From a virus, in IMG/VR virus record IMGVR_UViG_3300032050_010539: a DNA stretch of 64,000 nt. One strand, given 5' to 3'. Each line of letters opens with the position of its first letter. Positions within the stretch are counted from its first letter, which is position 1. Position numbers and translations under genes: made by a program. The notes beneath the pieces were generated by a model, which had not been told where the DNA came from, ran no database searches, and saw only the letters and a list, made by a program, of their open reading frames with translations. Of this stretch, positions 20,361 to 30,714 are shown one piece after another.

Positions 20361-22097
20361 ATGACTATTCAAGAGACTGCACTAGCATTACCACTACTCC
20401 CCAGCATAATAACTGGAGACTCAATGGTAATGGTGCTAATTCGTAATGGAACAGTAACACCATACCGCATTAATCTGAGTACCCTATTACCTGGGCCCGC
20501 TACAGCCAGCGTACTAGGTACTATCAGGCTAACCGGCGACTTAGGTGGTACAGCAACAGCGCCTACCGTACCCGGCCTGGCAACACGAGCCCCTATCAAT
20601 AACGCAGCACTAACCGGGGCCCCCACTGCTCCCACACCTCCTAGTGGCGACAATAATACGCGGTTGGCCACTACTGCTTGGGTACGCACGCATATAAATA
20701 GCACTGGTATTAATACGCTGAGTGATGTGACTATAACTACTCCTGTTATAGGGCAAAACCTAACATGGAATGGCACTAACTGGGTTAATGCTACAGCATC
20801 TGGTGGGGGGGATTTACTAGCGCTCAATAATTTAAATGATGTAAATAACAGACAGACTGCGCTCAATAATCTAATAGATGGTGATAATAATATCCACACT
20901 ACAGGCACTATTAGGTGGAGCACCAATATAGCTAATATAGGTGGCCTACCACCAGCTAATACCTACCGAGGTATGTTTGCTGCAGTCAATGACGCGGGGG
21001 GTGCCTATTATTCTAATGGTACTGAGTGGCTACGGCTAGATAGAGCGCTGCTCAATGACCTCAATGATGTTAATACTGCAGGCGTAACTAATGGTCAGGT
21101 TCTAGCATATCAGAGTGGTAACTGGATACCTACTACTCTGGCGGCGGGTCCAGCCACTACTACTAATCTACCTGAGGGCGCTAACCTCTATCATACAAGC
21201 GCTCGAGTAGATGCGCGTATCGAGCTGGCGGAATTATCTGATCTACTGAATGTCAGCAATACAGCAGCTACTAATGGGCAGTACCTAGCGTGGAATAGCG
21301 CAACTAGTAACTGGGTTCCTACCACACCAACTGGTTCTACTTTCACTAGCCCTCTTACTACTAAGGGCGATCTACATACATATAGTACTACCAATGCTCG
21401 TCTGCCCATAGGGGCTAATGGCACCTTCTTAGTAGCTGACTCTACAACGACGACGGGGCTACGGTGGCAGGCCCCCGCTGATACTGATGATATAGCTGAG
21501 GGTACAACTAATCTCTACTACACTGATGCACGTGTAACTACTAGATTCAATACTCTAATTCCTGCAGTAGCTAAGGGGGATCTATTGGTACAGGGTGCCA
21601 CAGTACTAAGTCGGCTCCCTGTAGGCAGCAACGACCAGGTACTACTGGCCGATAGCACTACAGCCACTGGTTTGCGCTGGGGTACAGTTAATAGTGGAGG
21701 CGGCGCTCTGGCAGGTCTATCTGATGTAGCTATTACTAGCCCTGCGCAGGGACAGGTATTGACGTGGAATGCCACTACCAGTAGATGGAACGCAGCCAAC
21801 CTCAGTAATCAGGTATCACTGAATAGGCAGTCTCTCACTGAGGCGCTGACTCTCACACTATCCAGCGCTGGTACACAACACCTGGACCCTGGTGGTACGA
21901 ACAGAGATGTATTATTACCGCCTAACCCTACGGTGGGTACGCGTTTCCGTATACTGAATCTGGCGCCCGCGTTTAATATTCTAGTTAAGAATCCCAATAC
22001 TAGCGCTACCGTACTGACGCTGGGTAATACCAGCACGAGTATACAGGCAGAGTTCACATGGGATGGCGTAGATTGGTACTCTTGGGAACCTGCCTAA
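20361..22097 (+). CDS. Tail fibre protein
   Basis: Fibre repeat TGAPTAPTP..GDNNTRLATTAWV, repeated L.DL.DV....GQ.L.W modules and KGDL...RLP.G....L.ADS...GLRW repeats. Confidence 0.8.
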   Translation: MTIQETALALPLLPSIITGDSMVMVLIRNGTVTPYRINLSTLLPGPATASVLGTIRLTGDLGGTATAPTVPGLATRAPINNAALTGAPTAPTPPSGDNNTRLATTAWVRTHINSTGINTLSDVTITTPVIGQNLTWNGTNWVNATASGGGDLLALNNLNDVNNRQTALNNLIDGDNNIHTTGTIRWSTNIANIGGLPPANTYRGMFAAVNDAGGAYYSNGTEWLRLDRALLNDLNDVNTAGVTNGQVLAYQSGNWIPTTLAAGPATTTNLPEGANLYHTSARVDARIELAELSDLLNVSNTAATNGQYLAWNSATSNWVPTTPTGSTFTSPLTTKGDLHTYSTTNARLPIGANGTFLVADSTTTTGLRWQAPADTDDIAEGTTNLYYTDARVTTRFNTLIPAVAKGDLLVQGATVLSRLPVGSNDQVLLADSTTATGLRWGTVNSGGGALAGLSDVAITSPAQGQVLTWNATTSRWNAANLSNQVSLNRQSLTEALTLTLSSAGTQHLDPGGTNRDVLLPPNPTVGTRFRILNLAPAFNILVKNPNTSATVLTLGNTSTSIQAEFTWDGVDWYSWEPA

Positions 22098-22231
22098 CAT
22101 TCAGGTTAATAGCAGGCGCAGCGTATAGTATAGAGTAGGTAATACTAGCGATACTGCGCTGTCACTAGGTACAATAGATCAAACGGTACGGTTAAGCACC
22201 GGCGTATGGTATATAACGGGGACTATAATTT

Positions 22232-23245
22232 GTGATTGTAAATATAATGGGACTAGGCCCGCGCGGCCTATCAGTAGCGTTAGAAGCACTTAATCAAGGT
22301 CTATCTGTACGTGCATGGGACCCGAGGCCCCTGAGCAGCTGGAGTAAAGATGAAGTAGTACCCAATCTACAGATGAGGAGTCCTATCTCCTTTGACCTAT
22401 GTACTAATATAGAGGGCGCTGATTACAGCCTCTGTCACTACCTACAACGAGAGCCTATACTGGGGAGCCAGCGTGAGATAGAGGCAGTGCAGGAACGATG
22501 CAACAGGGATGTATTCGAGGGCTACTTACAGTGGGCCTTACAACGAGCACTGAGCATGGGTCTAGAGATAGGCCCCCTAGAGGAGGGCCCCCTGGTTATA
22601 GCTACAGGACAACGAGAGCAGCGCGTGCCTGATTGGACAGTGGGTTACGATACTCATACGCTCAGTCACTACCTGAAGCACCCGGCACTTAATAAACGCC
22701 TCCTAGTATTAGGTAGCGGTCAGGGCGCGGCAGAGGCAGTAGCGCACCTAGCGCAGAACAATGAAGTTACCTGGAGTCACGGGGGGTACCGTATAGATAA
22801 TTACCCCGCTCCATCCTACGCGCACTGGTATAATAAGACAGCGCTGGGCGGATACTATAGAACCCTCCCATTAAATAAACGTGCTGAGTACCTATCTCGT
22901 GTTAAGAGATGGGGGCCCAGCATCACGCCATATATAGCCAATGAGCTAGCCCAGTATAATTACAAGGAGATACCCCGCATAACTAATAGTAGAGAGATAC
23001 CGGATGTGGATTCTATTGTATTAGCGACTGGCTTCTACCCATCGTGGCCAATGAATTATCCTGCTGATCCAATATTAGTTAGATTTCCACTAGTTAAGCC
23101 CGGCTTTCGTCTAATAAAGAATGTATATATAACGGGAATAGGGGCTACAGCATACGATGGGCCTCGTCAGAACTCATTGATTAGCGCTGGTATAACCAGT
23201 CGTGAGATAGTCAATGCCATAATAGAAGACGCCATAGTGAGATAA
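22232..23245 (+). CDS. Lysine/ornithine N-monooxygenase-like flavoprotein
   Basis: FAD motif GLGPRG, LQMRS, NAD(P)H motif VLGSGQGAAE, and LATGF. Confidence 0.75.
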   Translation: MIVNIMGLGPRGLSVALEALNQGLSVRAWDPRPLSSWSKDEVVPNLQMRSPISFDLCTNIEGADYSLCHYLQREPILGSQREIEAVQERCNRDVFEGYLQWALQRALSMGLEIGPLEEGPLVIATGQREQRVPDWTVGYDTHTLSHYLKHPALNKRLLVLGSGQGAAEAVAHLAQNNEVTWSHGGYRIDNYPAPSYAHWYNKTALGGYYRTLPLNKRAEYLSRVKRWGPSITPYIANELAQYNYKEIPRITNSREIPDVDSIVLATGFYPSWPMNYPADPILVRFPLVKPGFRLIKNVYITGIGATAYDGPRQNSLISAGITSREIVNAIIEDAIVR

Positions 23246-23802
23246 TGAGTACTACCATCATAAGTAAGACTACACCAGAAGGGCGGGTATATCGTCTGAT
23301 ACAGATGAGAGACACACTGCCCTTACGTGTGGGAATAGGCCGCTATACGACATGGGCCCCCGATAACCCACTAGATATAGATGAGCCGCCGGATAGACCT
23401 ATACCGCAGGACCCTGCATTCCTGAGCACACAGGTTATACTACGCCCTCACCGAGTATCACTGGCCTATAGAGTAGAGAGCGGCGGTGATATTATACAGG
23501 GGGACCAGCGCTGGAACATAATACCTAACGATAGAGCTAACCTTATATCACTCCTAGGCTTATTACCCCAGGCGTTATACGTAGAAGCAATAGTATCAGG
23601 TGAGCAGGTACCCGGGGCCTTCCGTTCTGCATCACTGCTAACTGATGTAGTATTACAAACAGGCGCGAATACTAATGCTGACTTCTGGCTACCCGGCGAA
23701 TGGCTCGACACGGGCCCTGCGCAGATGGCACTCCTATTCACCCCCGTGACTCACGCAACCCCTACTGACCGCACACGCGTTAAATTCATATTACCTATTT
23801 AA
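23245..23802 (+). CDS. Putative baseplate wedge protein
   Basis: VGIGRYTTW...PP.P motif, upstream of DUF4815 genes as in other myoviruses. Confidence 0.5.
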   Translation: MSTTIISKTTPEGRVYRLIQMRDTLPLRVGIGRYTTWAPDNPLDIDEPPDRPIPQDPAFLSTQVILRPHRVSLAYRVESGGDIIQGDQRWNIIPNDRANLISLLGLLPQALYVEAIVSGEQVPGAFRSASLLTDVVLQTGANTNADFWLPGEWLDTGPAQMALLFTPVTHATPTDRTRVKFILPI

Positions 23803-23805
23803 TCG

Positions 23806-26800
23806 ATGTCTATATTACAAAGACCAGAATACCCCGAGAATTATACCCTCGATAGTAATTGGGTGAAAGTACTACCAGAGGACGGCCAACCCTTAGTGGC
23901 GCAGGACCTCCTAGAGATGCAATCAATAGTGCATGGCCAGTTCCAGACCGGTATGGATACGCTCTATAGAGATGGTACTATACTCTCGGGTGTAGAGTTA
24001 GTCGTCGTAGGTGATGACGGTACGACCATGGATATTCTTATAACTGAAGGCCGTGTATATGCTGCGGGTGTAGTAGTCAAGACTAAGCCCACGCGCTTTC
24101 AGGTATCACGAGAAGGAGAGACTACATTTTATCTCGAGGTCACCACTACCGTACTCGAGGATGAGAGTATGCGGGCCGGCAATCAATACGGGCCCCGGGG
24201 GGCATCTCGATTAGTAGTTAATAGTAGTATAGTCCTTACGGGGCGAGGGTATCCCCTCTACTCTATACGCAATGGATTACCTATTAATAGAGCGAGGGAC
24301 CTACCTGGTGGTATTGAGGAGACACTAGCAGAGAGAGTATTTGAGAGACACGGTAACTTCTGCGTGCGAGGGCTGGACCTAGCGCTACTGGACCGCCCCC
24401 GCACTCTAGCTGATACCAGTCTAGTGACGCTCAATGAAAATTACTCTACACTAGAGGCGCGGGCTACTGAATCACGTAGCCTATATCTAGAGAGTAAGAG
24501 TAGACTAGATGGATTACTACTGCGATTAGATGATGCACGGGATATAAGTAGTGTCAGCCCCACGCCCGCTAACCTGACTATACTCGCTGATCTTGAGACG
24601 CGTGTAGTGGAAGAAGAGGCCCTGGTAGCTACACTAGAGGCTACCTACAGAGAGAGACAGACGGCAGCACTGGGCGGGCTAGCAGAATTAGAGGAGGCCC
24701 GACGTAGGTCAGAGTCTTCACTTGGTATGTCACTGGCACCTGGAGTAGCCTACGTCGTGGGGCGTAGAGTAGTTATTGATACACCAATAAATCTAGCACT
24801 ACAGCGTACCACAGATAGTCAGGTAGTAACGGCGGCTACATTTACTTATGCAGGTATAACTGCTATAGCCAACCGCACCATATCGCTGCAGGGTACCTCC
24901 ACGTGGGCTAATGTACTAGCACAGGGTACCCAAGTAAGCATAAGCTTTGCTCCTATCAATAACTTGACTATAACTGTGACGGCTAATACTTCAGCAGCCA
25001 CCTCAGTAGAAACCTTCATAGACTACGTAATAGCTCGCATAGCTACTGGTACTGATAGTAATAGTACTATTACTGGTACCAACATTACTACGGATGCGGC
25101 CCGTAATCTACTCCGAGATGCCATAGCCTTCCGCCGTAATGGACTGACACTCGTCATGGAGTCCATAGGTATAGGTACCACGTCTAACCTAGTGAACATT
25201 ACCATAGGTATCACTATCACAGGAGGGGCCCCCAGTAATTTACTAGGCGTCGACGTGCCCATCGGACCCATTGGAGGTGCAGCCAGTACTAATGAGTTTA
25301 TGTTAACTCGCCGACCCGTCAAGGAGGTAACGCGACTAGTAGCTACGCTCCAGGAGAATACGGCTGCCATAGTGCGCGGGCCTACACCCGGCACTAGTGA
25401 CTACCTAGGGCGAGATACTGTATCTAGTGTGAAATCTGTATTCCAGGGCTCTATTAATTACATAGAGGGCCGGGACTTCCAGGTTCTCGATGGTGGTAGA
25501 CTGGAGTGGGCTCCTAATGGCACAGGGGCTATAGAGCCGGCACCTGGTACTACCTATTTTGTGACGTATACGTACTCTAGTCAATTAACACTAGGAGTAG
25601 ATTTCAATCTCCTGACGGCTACTGACACTATAGTATTTACTGGTACACGGAGCCCCGCACCTAATACTACATTCCAGGTAGACTATAGTTATTTCCTCAG
25701 CCGCATAGCTATAGTGACGCTAGATAAGGAGGGGCAGCCCGCTGTCATATATGGTGAGGTAGGAGTTAATCCACAGCCTCCTGCTGTTAGTGGTTCAGTA
25801 CTACCATTAGCACGTGTGCTTATAAGTAATAATAGCGCCATCATTGAGCCTATCGACTGTCGTCCTGTCAATTACGATAGTATACGGCAGCTAGCCAGCG
25901 CTGTATCGTCATTATCAGATGATATAGATAGACTACGACTCACAACTAGAGCAGAGGGGCTGGCTTTCACTAATACAGGAGCCGTACCTAACTTTACATC
26001 TATAGATGCCCTAGTGGATAGTAACGGCATTAACCTAACGGAGAGTACAGGTATGCTCTCACCTCTAACTAATAGTCTGACATCCAATAGAGTATATAGC
26101 GATGTCAGAGCAACGGCTCCCTCGGCTAGACCTAATAACGCAGGAGACCCCTACATTGTAGTACCTACATATACAGAGAGTATCTTCCTCGAGCAAACTA
26201 AGCTGACGAAAGAGAGAAGTATACAGCAAACTACAGCCCCGCGGTTATTCTGCCGCAGAGTCATCATGGCTAATAGCGATCTAGGGCGGATTAACCCCTG
26301 CGACGAGCTGGCCGTCCGAGGAGCTGCTCTATTCAGCTCCACTAGTAATCCCCTCTATCGATTTATCAATGAGGGCAATAGAGCGGAGTTCACGCGGCTA
26401 TCTCGTCGTGTACGAGAGGCTATATCAGCAGGTGAGGCTATACCAGCTATAGGTGCTAATCTAATGGGGAGCGAGGAGATAGATAAGGCGCGGGCCCAGA
26501 ATATACGATACACTATACGAGGAGAGGGGCTCCCTCAGGCCAGCTATCAACTACTGATAGCTGACACTATCATGACTACTGCAGTACCAATTAATAACAC
26601 ACCAATATCGGGCACCCTACCATTCGCGTTCCGGCCCCGATCTAATGGCATACTCGAGATCGAGTTATTCCTGCCCGCGCTACCCCCCGGTGTCCATGCC
26701 GTAGTGCTACAGTCTGATACACTGAGTGTAAGTAATACGATATCGATATTTAATAATAACCTGACCCACGTGGCGCTAGGCGGGGCGGCCTCCTGGGGGT

Positions 26801-27885
26801 TACCATCATCCTCAATAGATACCCAGCCCCTACCCCTGATGCCGAGGGTAGGCTTCGACCCACTGATGCAGACATTTCAGGCACCCTCTGATATGTACCT
26901 GAGCAGTCTTGAGATAAGAATAGCATCGGCGCCGGCATCAGGAGCCTTAGTTATATCATTGCGGGATGGCACAGCTACTACACCGGGGCAGATACTACTA
27001 GGAGAGGCTCTTGTCAGTGGAGCGGTATTACCTGATATACAGGGGCGGCTCTGGACTAAATACGTATTCCCTACTCCCATCTATCTCAAGGAGGATCAGT
27101 ATTATACACTAGGCTTCCGCAGTACAGAGGGAGACTGGAGCGTATTCACTAGTGAGATAGGAGAGGCCGATATACTAGATGCGGGGCTTCTAATAGGACA
27201 GCAGCTAGGCATAAATGGTAACATCTGGTCCAGTGACGGTACTATCATCTCTAATCACGAGAGAGAAGATATTAGTATGCGGCTCTACCGCGCTGTATTC
27301 CCGACGACTCCGATTAGTATAGATCTAGGTAGCTACTCTTACAGTATGACGGCCTTCGCCCTCAATGTACGAGACATAGTACCAGCAGGCTGCACAATAG
27401 ATTATCAGTACAAGGCGGGCGAAAATCCTAACTGGATATCTATAGCGCCTAATACACCTATATGTCTAGATAGAGTAGAGTCTACACTCCTCCTACGTGC
27501 AGTATCCACAGGTACAGCAGCCCTAACTCCCATCATAGAAATAGGGACAGTATCCCTCTATCGTAACCTGTCACCCACGCAGCATATATCTAACTGGCAG
27601 CCTATTCTCCAGACGAGTACGAAATTTACAATAGCCATAACAGCACTAATGCCGCCATCGAGTACGCTACAAGTAAGGATACAGTTCAGCACAGGGGGCT
27701 GGTACGTTCTAAACAACCCAACCACAGTCATACTAGATGCAGGACTAGGACTATCTCGCCTAACTTATGAATATGTATCTCCTGGCCCGCGTAGTGGAGA
27801 GCTGAAGTGGTCTATAGACGCATTTGGAATTTCGACAACAGACGTGCCATCTATAATGGAGGTAGTAGTATATGGAACGAACTAA
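23806..27885 (+). CDS. DUF4815-type virion structural protein
   Basis: N-terminal VLPEDGQPLVAQDLLEMQSI, ERHGNFCVRG and PGVAYVVG motifs. Confidence 0.7.
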   Translation: MSILQRPEYPENYTLDSNWVKVLPEDGQPLVAQDLLEMQSIVHGQFQTGMDTLYRDGTILSGVELVVVGDDGTTMDILITEGRVYAAGVVVKTKPTRFQVSREGETTFYLEVTTTVLEDESMRAGNQYGPRGASRLVVNSSIVLTGRGYPLYSIRNGLPINRARDLPGGIEETLAERVFERHGNFCVRGLDLALLDRPRTLADTSLVTLNENYSTLEARATESRSLYLESKSRLDGLLLRLDDARDISSVSPTPANLTILADLETRVVEEEALVATLEATYRERQTAALGGLAELEEARRRSESSLGMSLAPGVAYVVGRRVVIDTPINLALQRTTDSQVVTAATFTYAGITAIANRTISLQGTSTWANVLAQGTQVSISFAPINNLTITVTANTSAATSVETFIDYVIARIATGTDSNSTITGTNITTDAARNLLRDAIAFRRNGLTLVMESIGIGTTSNLVNITIGITITGGAPSNLLGVDVPIGPIGGAASTNEFMLTRRPVKEVTRLVATLQENTAAIVRGPTPGTSDYLGRDTVSSVKSVFQGSINYIEGRDFQVLDGGRLEWAPNGTGAIEPAPGTTYFVTYTYSSQLTLGVDFNLLTATDTIVFTGTRSPAPNTTFQVDYSYFLSRIAIVTLDKEGQPAVIYGEVGVNPQPPAVSGSVLPLARVLISNNSAIIEPIDCRPVNYDSIRQLASAVSSLSDDIDRLRLTTRAEGLAFTNTGAVPNFTSIDALVDSNGINLTESTGMLSPLTNSLTSNRVYSDVRATAPSARPNNAGDPYIVVPTYTESIFLEQTKLTKERSIQQTTAPRLFCRRVIMANSDLGRINPCDELAVRGAALFSSTSNPLYRFINEGNRAEFTRLSRRVREAISAGEAIPAIGANLMGSEEIDKARAQNIRYTIRGEGLPQASYQLLIADTIMTTAVPINNTPISGTLPFAFRPRSNGILEIELFLPALPPGVHAVVLQSDTLSVSNTISIFNNNLTHVALGGAASWGLPSSSIDTQPLPLMPRVGFDPLMQTFQAPSDMYLSSLEIRIASAPASGALVISLRDGTATTPGQILLGEALVSGAVLPDIQGRLWTKYVFPTPIYLKEDQYYTLGFRSTEGDWSVFTSEIGEADILDAGLLIGQQLGINGNIWSSDGTIISNHEREDISMRLYRAVFPTTPISIDLGSYSYSMTAFALNVRDIVPAGCTIDYQYKAGENPNWISIAPNTPICLDRVESTLLLRAVSTGTAALTPIIEIGTVSLYRNLSPTQHISNWQPILQTSTKFTIAITALMPPSSTLQVRIQFSTGGWYVLNNPTTVILDAGLGLSRLTYEYVSPGPRSGELKWSIDAFGISTTDVPSIMEVVVYGTN

Positions 27886-30394
27886 GCTACTATTCACGGA
27901 TGGCCGGCCCCTACAAGCGCGAGAGCTCATAGAGATGCAGGATCTCTTACACTTGCATGTAGAGGAAATGAGCCGCAGTCTATACGATGTCTATTACCTA
28001 GCGGAGGTAGATATAATATGGGCGCCCCCCAGTCTAACAATACAAGGTGGTCTGATATATATAGAGGAGGAGGGCTGGTATCGCATTAGCCCAGCCCAGC
28101 TAACTATAACCAGTGACGCCAACGTTACACTCCGCATATACCGGATAGATTATGATGGGCGCAGTATCCTATTTCCTGAACCAGTAGTAGGGCAGGACGG
28201 TTACCCATTCCTGCAGATATCGGAGGGCCAGATACTCATATACGATGGTAAGCGATTCAGTCGGGCCCCGCGCAGTAAAGTAGCATCACTCGAGGAGGCC
28301 ATAGAGTTAGTAGACAAAGAGGTATACGGCAACTACATACAGCGAGGCCTAGAGGTACTAGGCCTGCGTTTCGATAATGCGCTAGAGATAGACCTAACAC
28401 AGAATCAACCTATTCAACGTCTGGCCGTCCAGCCCGGCCGGGCCTTCATAGATGGTAAGATAGTGGATCTATACGAGCCTGTCTATCTGCCCATGGTGGT
28501 TAGTGGTGAGATCGTCATAGATAAGAAAGGTGAGGTGAGAATAGGTACGGGGCCCCTCACGCTAGCACGTATAAGCAATAGTGAACTAATAGCCAGCGAT
28601 AATAGATGGGTAGAGCCCGGCCTACTGCGAGATCTACAGGTTAAGTTGAACACACTACGAGAGGAGGCTATAGATATAGCTCTAGAACGACTTAACTTCT
28701 ACTCGGGAGCCCCGCGTATTCTAGAGAGCGGCTTTGTAGAATCCTTCCAGAATACACTGGGAACTGACATCACAGCTCCTGGTTTTGACTGTGCTATGAC
28801 AGGTTACATGACATTACCTAGCTCGTACAACACAATCAGGCCCGATAACCTAACTATAGGCGGTAGTAGTAATGTAACCATAACGGAGTCTGGAGGGAGT
28901 CTACAGACGGCATATCTACGGCCTGCCCCTGATCTCATAATTGATCAACGACGTGCTACAGGCAGTCTGGGATTAGCAGCCCAGACACGAGACGTACGTA
29001 TGACGCTCAACCCACCAGTAGTAGCACCCGATGCAAGGCGCATCGAGTACCAGCTAGGCCATCTCACTATAGCCACCGAGGCAGTGCAAGTCACAATCAC
29101 TATAGAGGGTCTGTTATCTCTAGAGAGTGGTATAGTATTACAAATAGATGGACGGACTCCCCAGGCTACAGTAACCCGTGGCTCTATAGAAGACGGGCGC
29201 TATAGGGCTGATGTCAGTGGCATACTAGTAGCAAATATAGCAGTCCCCTCTAGTAGCGCAGTACCATCTATAACAGCAACAGGAAATGGATGGACAATAG
29301 GACAGTGTCTGGAGTTTGGTTCCACTGGAGCCCCCGCACCAGCTGTAGTACAGGTCAGGGAGGGCATGGCACAACTGTTTACTCTATCAACAGCCAATAC
29401 TATAACGGGTATACGCGTATATCCTGCGGGGGCCATAAGCGCTTGGGTGAGTCTAGTAGCAGCACCCAATAATATACCAGAGGAGAGGGAGCTAGGACGG
29501 GTCCGCCTGCAGGTAACGAGCGGTAGCCCTGATACACCAGTAGAGTTGACCTTCGACCCGCCCATCAATCTAGTGGCAGGTAGTTACTGTGTGGTCATTA
29601 GTGCCACTAGCCCGGGCTCTATGCACATCAATACAAACGCACAGCCTGCTATATCACGATACCAAGAGGGGCCAGACATACCCGGCTACCTCCTGACACG
29701 CAGTGGTAGTAACTGGCAGTCACAGACCAATAGTGATCTAACATACCAACTAATAGGAGGGAGTCTAGGTTCGACAGGTTATATAGACTTCACCTATAGC
29801 CCGGCGCCTGAGGCGGATACTCAGGTAGACCTAACACAGCTCAATAGCCTCTGGAGTTATAACCTAGGTCAGGGGGGCTCATTCTCTACCTTCTATAAGG
29901 AAGGGCAGGAGCTAGTGTCCTTACCAGAGCGAACTACGGAGCTGCCGGATAATCTAGAGATGAGACTAGTGCTCTTCACTACAGGCACGACACCCATAGT
30001 TTACCTCAACAGGAGTATGCTGATTATAGGGCGGGCCCGTTCTAGAGCTACCTGGATCAGCATAGATTATCCTACGCGTGACTACACTAATGTCAAGGTT
30101 ATATACCGCGCCTTCCTACCGCAGGGTAGTAGTGTAGTAGCCAGTGCCAGCTCCAATGGGGGCCAGACCTGGACTGAAATGCCTACTCCTACCTCTACGC
30201 TGGTAGATGGTAATATACCCCTCATTGAGAATGAGACTACATTGTCTGGGCTCACTCCCACTGTATTAGTGCGTCAGGGTGATAATGATGTACCATTGGT
30301 TAGAAATCGCATACGCATTAGATTACAAATAATCGTAAGCGGCACCATAACTATATTACCCTATGTCTCGAGCCTACAGTGTCTGACATATTAG
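27872..30394 (+). CDS. DUF4815-type virion structural protein (paralog of the upstream gene)
   Basis: LLFTDGRPLQARELIEMQ, EVYGNYIQRG and PGRAFIDG motifs. Confidence 0.7.
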   Translation: MERTKLLFTDGRPLQARELIEMQDLLHLHVEEMSRSLYDVYYLAEVDIIWAPPSLTIQGGLIYIEEEGWYRISPAQLTITSDANVTLRIYRIDYDGRSILFPEPVVGQDGYPFLQISEGQILIYDGKRFSRAPRSKVASLEEAIELVDKEVYGNYIQRGLEVLGLRFDNALEIDLTQNQPIQRLAVQPGRAFIDGKIVDLYEPVYLPMVVSGEIVIDKKGEVRIGTGPLTLARISNSELIASDNRWVEPGLLRDLQVKLNTLREEAIDIALERLNFYSGAPRILESGFVESFQNTLGTDITAPGFDCAMTGYMTLPSSYNTIRPDNLTIGGSSNVTITESGGSLQTAYLRPAPDLIIDQRRATGSLGLAAQTRDVRMTLNPPVVAPDARRIEYQLGHLTIATEAVQVTITIEGLLSLESGIVLQIDGRTPQATVTRGSIEDGRYRADVSGILVANIAVPSSSAVPSITATGNGWTIGQCLEFGSTGAPAPAVVQVREGMAQLFTLSTANTITGIRVYPAGAISAWVSLVAAPNNIPEERELGRVRLQVTSGSPDTPVELTFDPPINLVAGSYCVVISATSPGSMHINTNAQPAISRYQEGPDIPGYLLTRSGSNWQSQTNSDLTYQLIGGSLGSTGYIDFTYSPAPEADTQVDLTQLNSLWSYNLGQGGSFSTFYKEGQELVSLPERTTELPDNLEMRLVLFTTGTTPIVYLNRSMLIIGRARSRATWISIDYPTRDYTNVKVIYRAFLPQGSSVVASASSNGGQTWTEMPTPTSTLVDGNIPLIENETTLSGLTPTVLVRQGDNDVPLVRNRIRIRLQIIVSGTITILPYVSSLQCLTY

Positions 30395-30714
30395 AAAGTA
30401 TAGTAGCGCGTATACCAATTAATCACGCTGTGCCCCTCATCGCAGGGGCACTATATCGTCGTACCGTACCGCAGCTGGCAGCGCGGGGCTACGATAATAG
30501 ACTGGCCCTATTATTACAGGGCCTCCCTATAGCTGACTTCACAGATGAGGAGCTCGATTACCTAACAACGCTACCACTAGGCCTCCTAACGGCAGGTACG
30601 ACTAATACGTATAGAGAGCTGTATTACCGCGGGCAGTATATTCATATACCCTCTTATCTATCTGACCACACCATAGCCCAATTCCTAGTAATAGTGGAGA
30701 GCCTGCGTGAGTAA
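30379..30714 (+). CDS. Hypothetical protein
   Basis: Overlaps both neighbours in the operon. Confidence 0.55.
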   Translation: MSDILESIVARIPINHAVPLIAGALYRRTVPQLAARGYDNRLALLLQGLPIADFTDEELDYLTTLPLGLLTAGTTNTYRELYYRGQYIHIPSYLSDHTIAQFLVIVESLRE

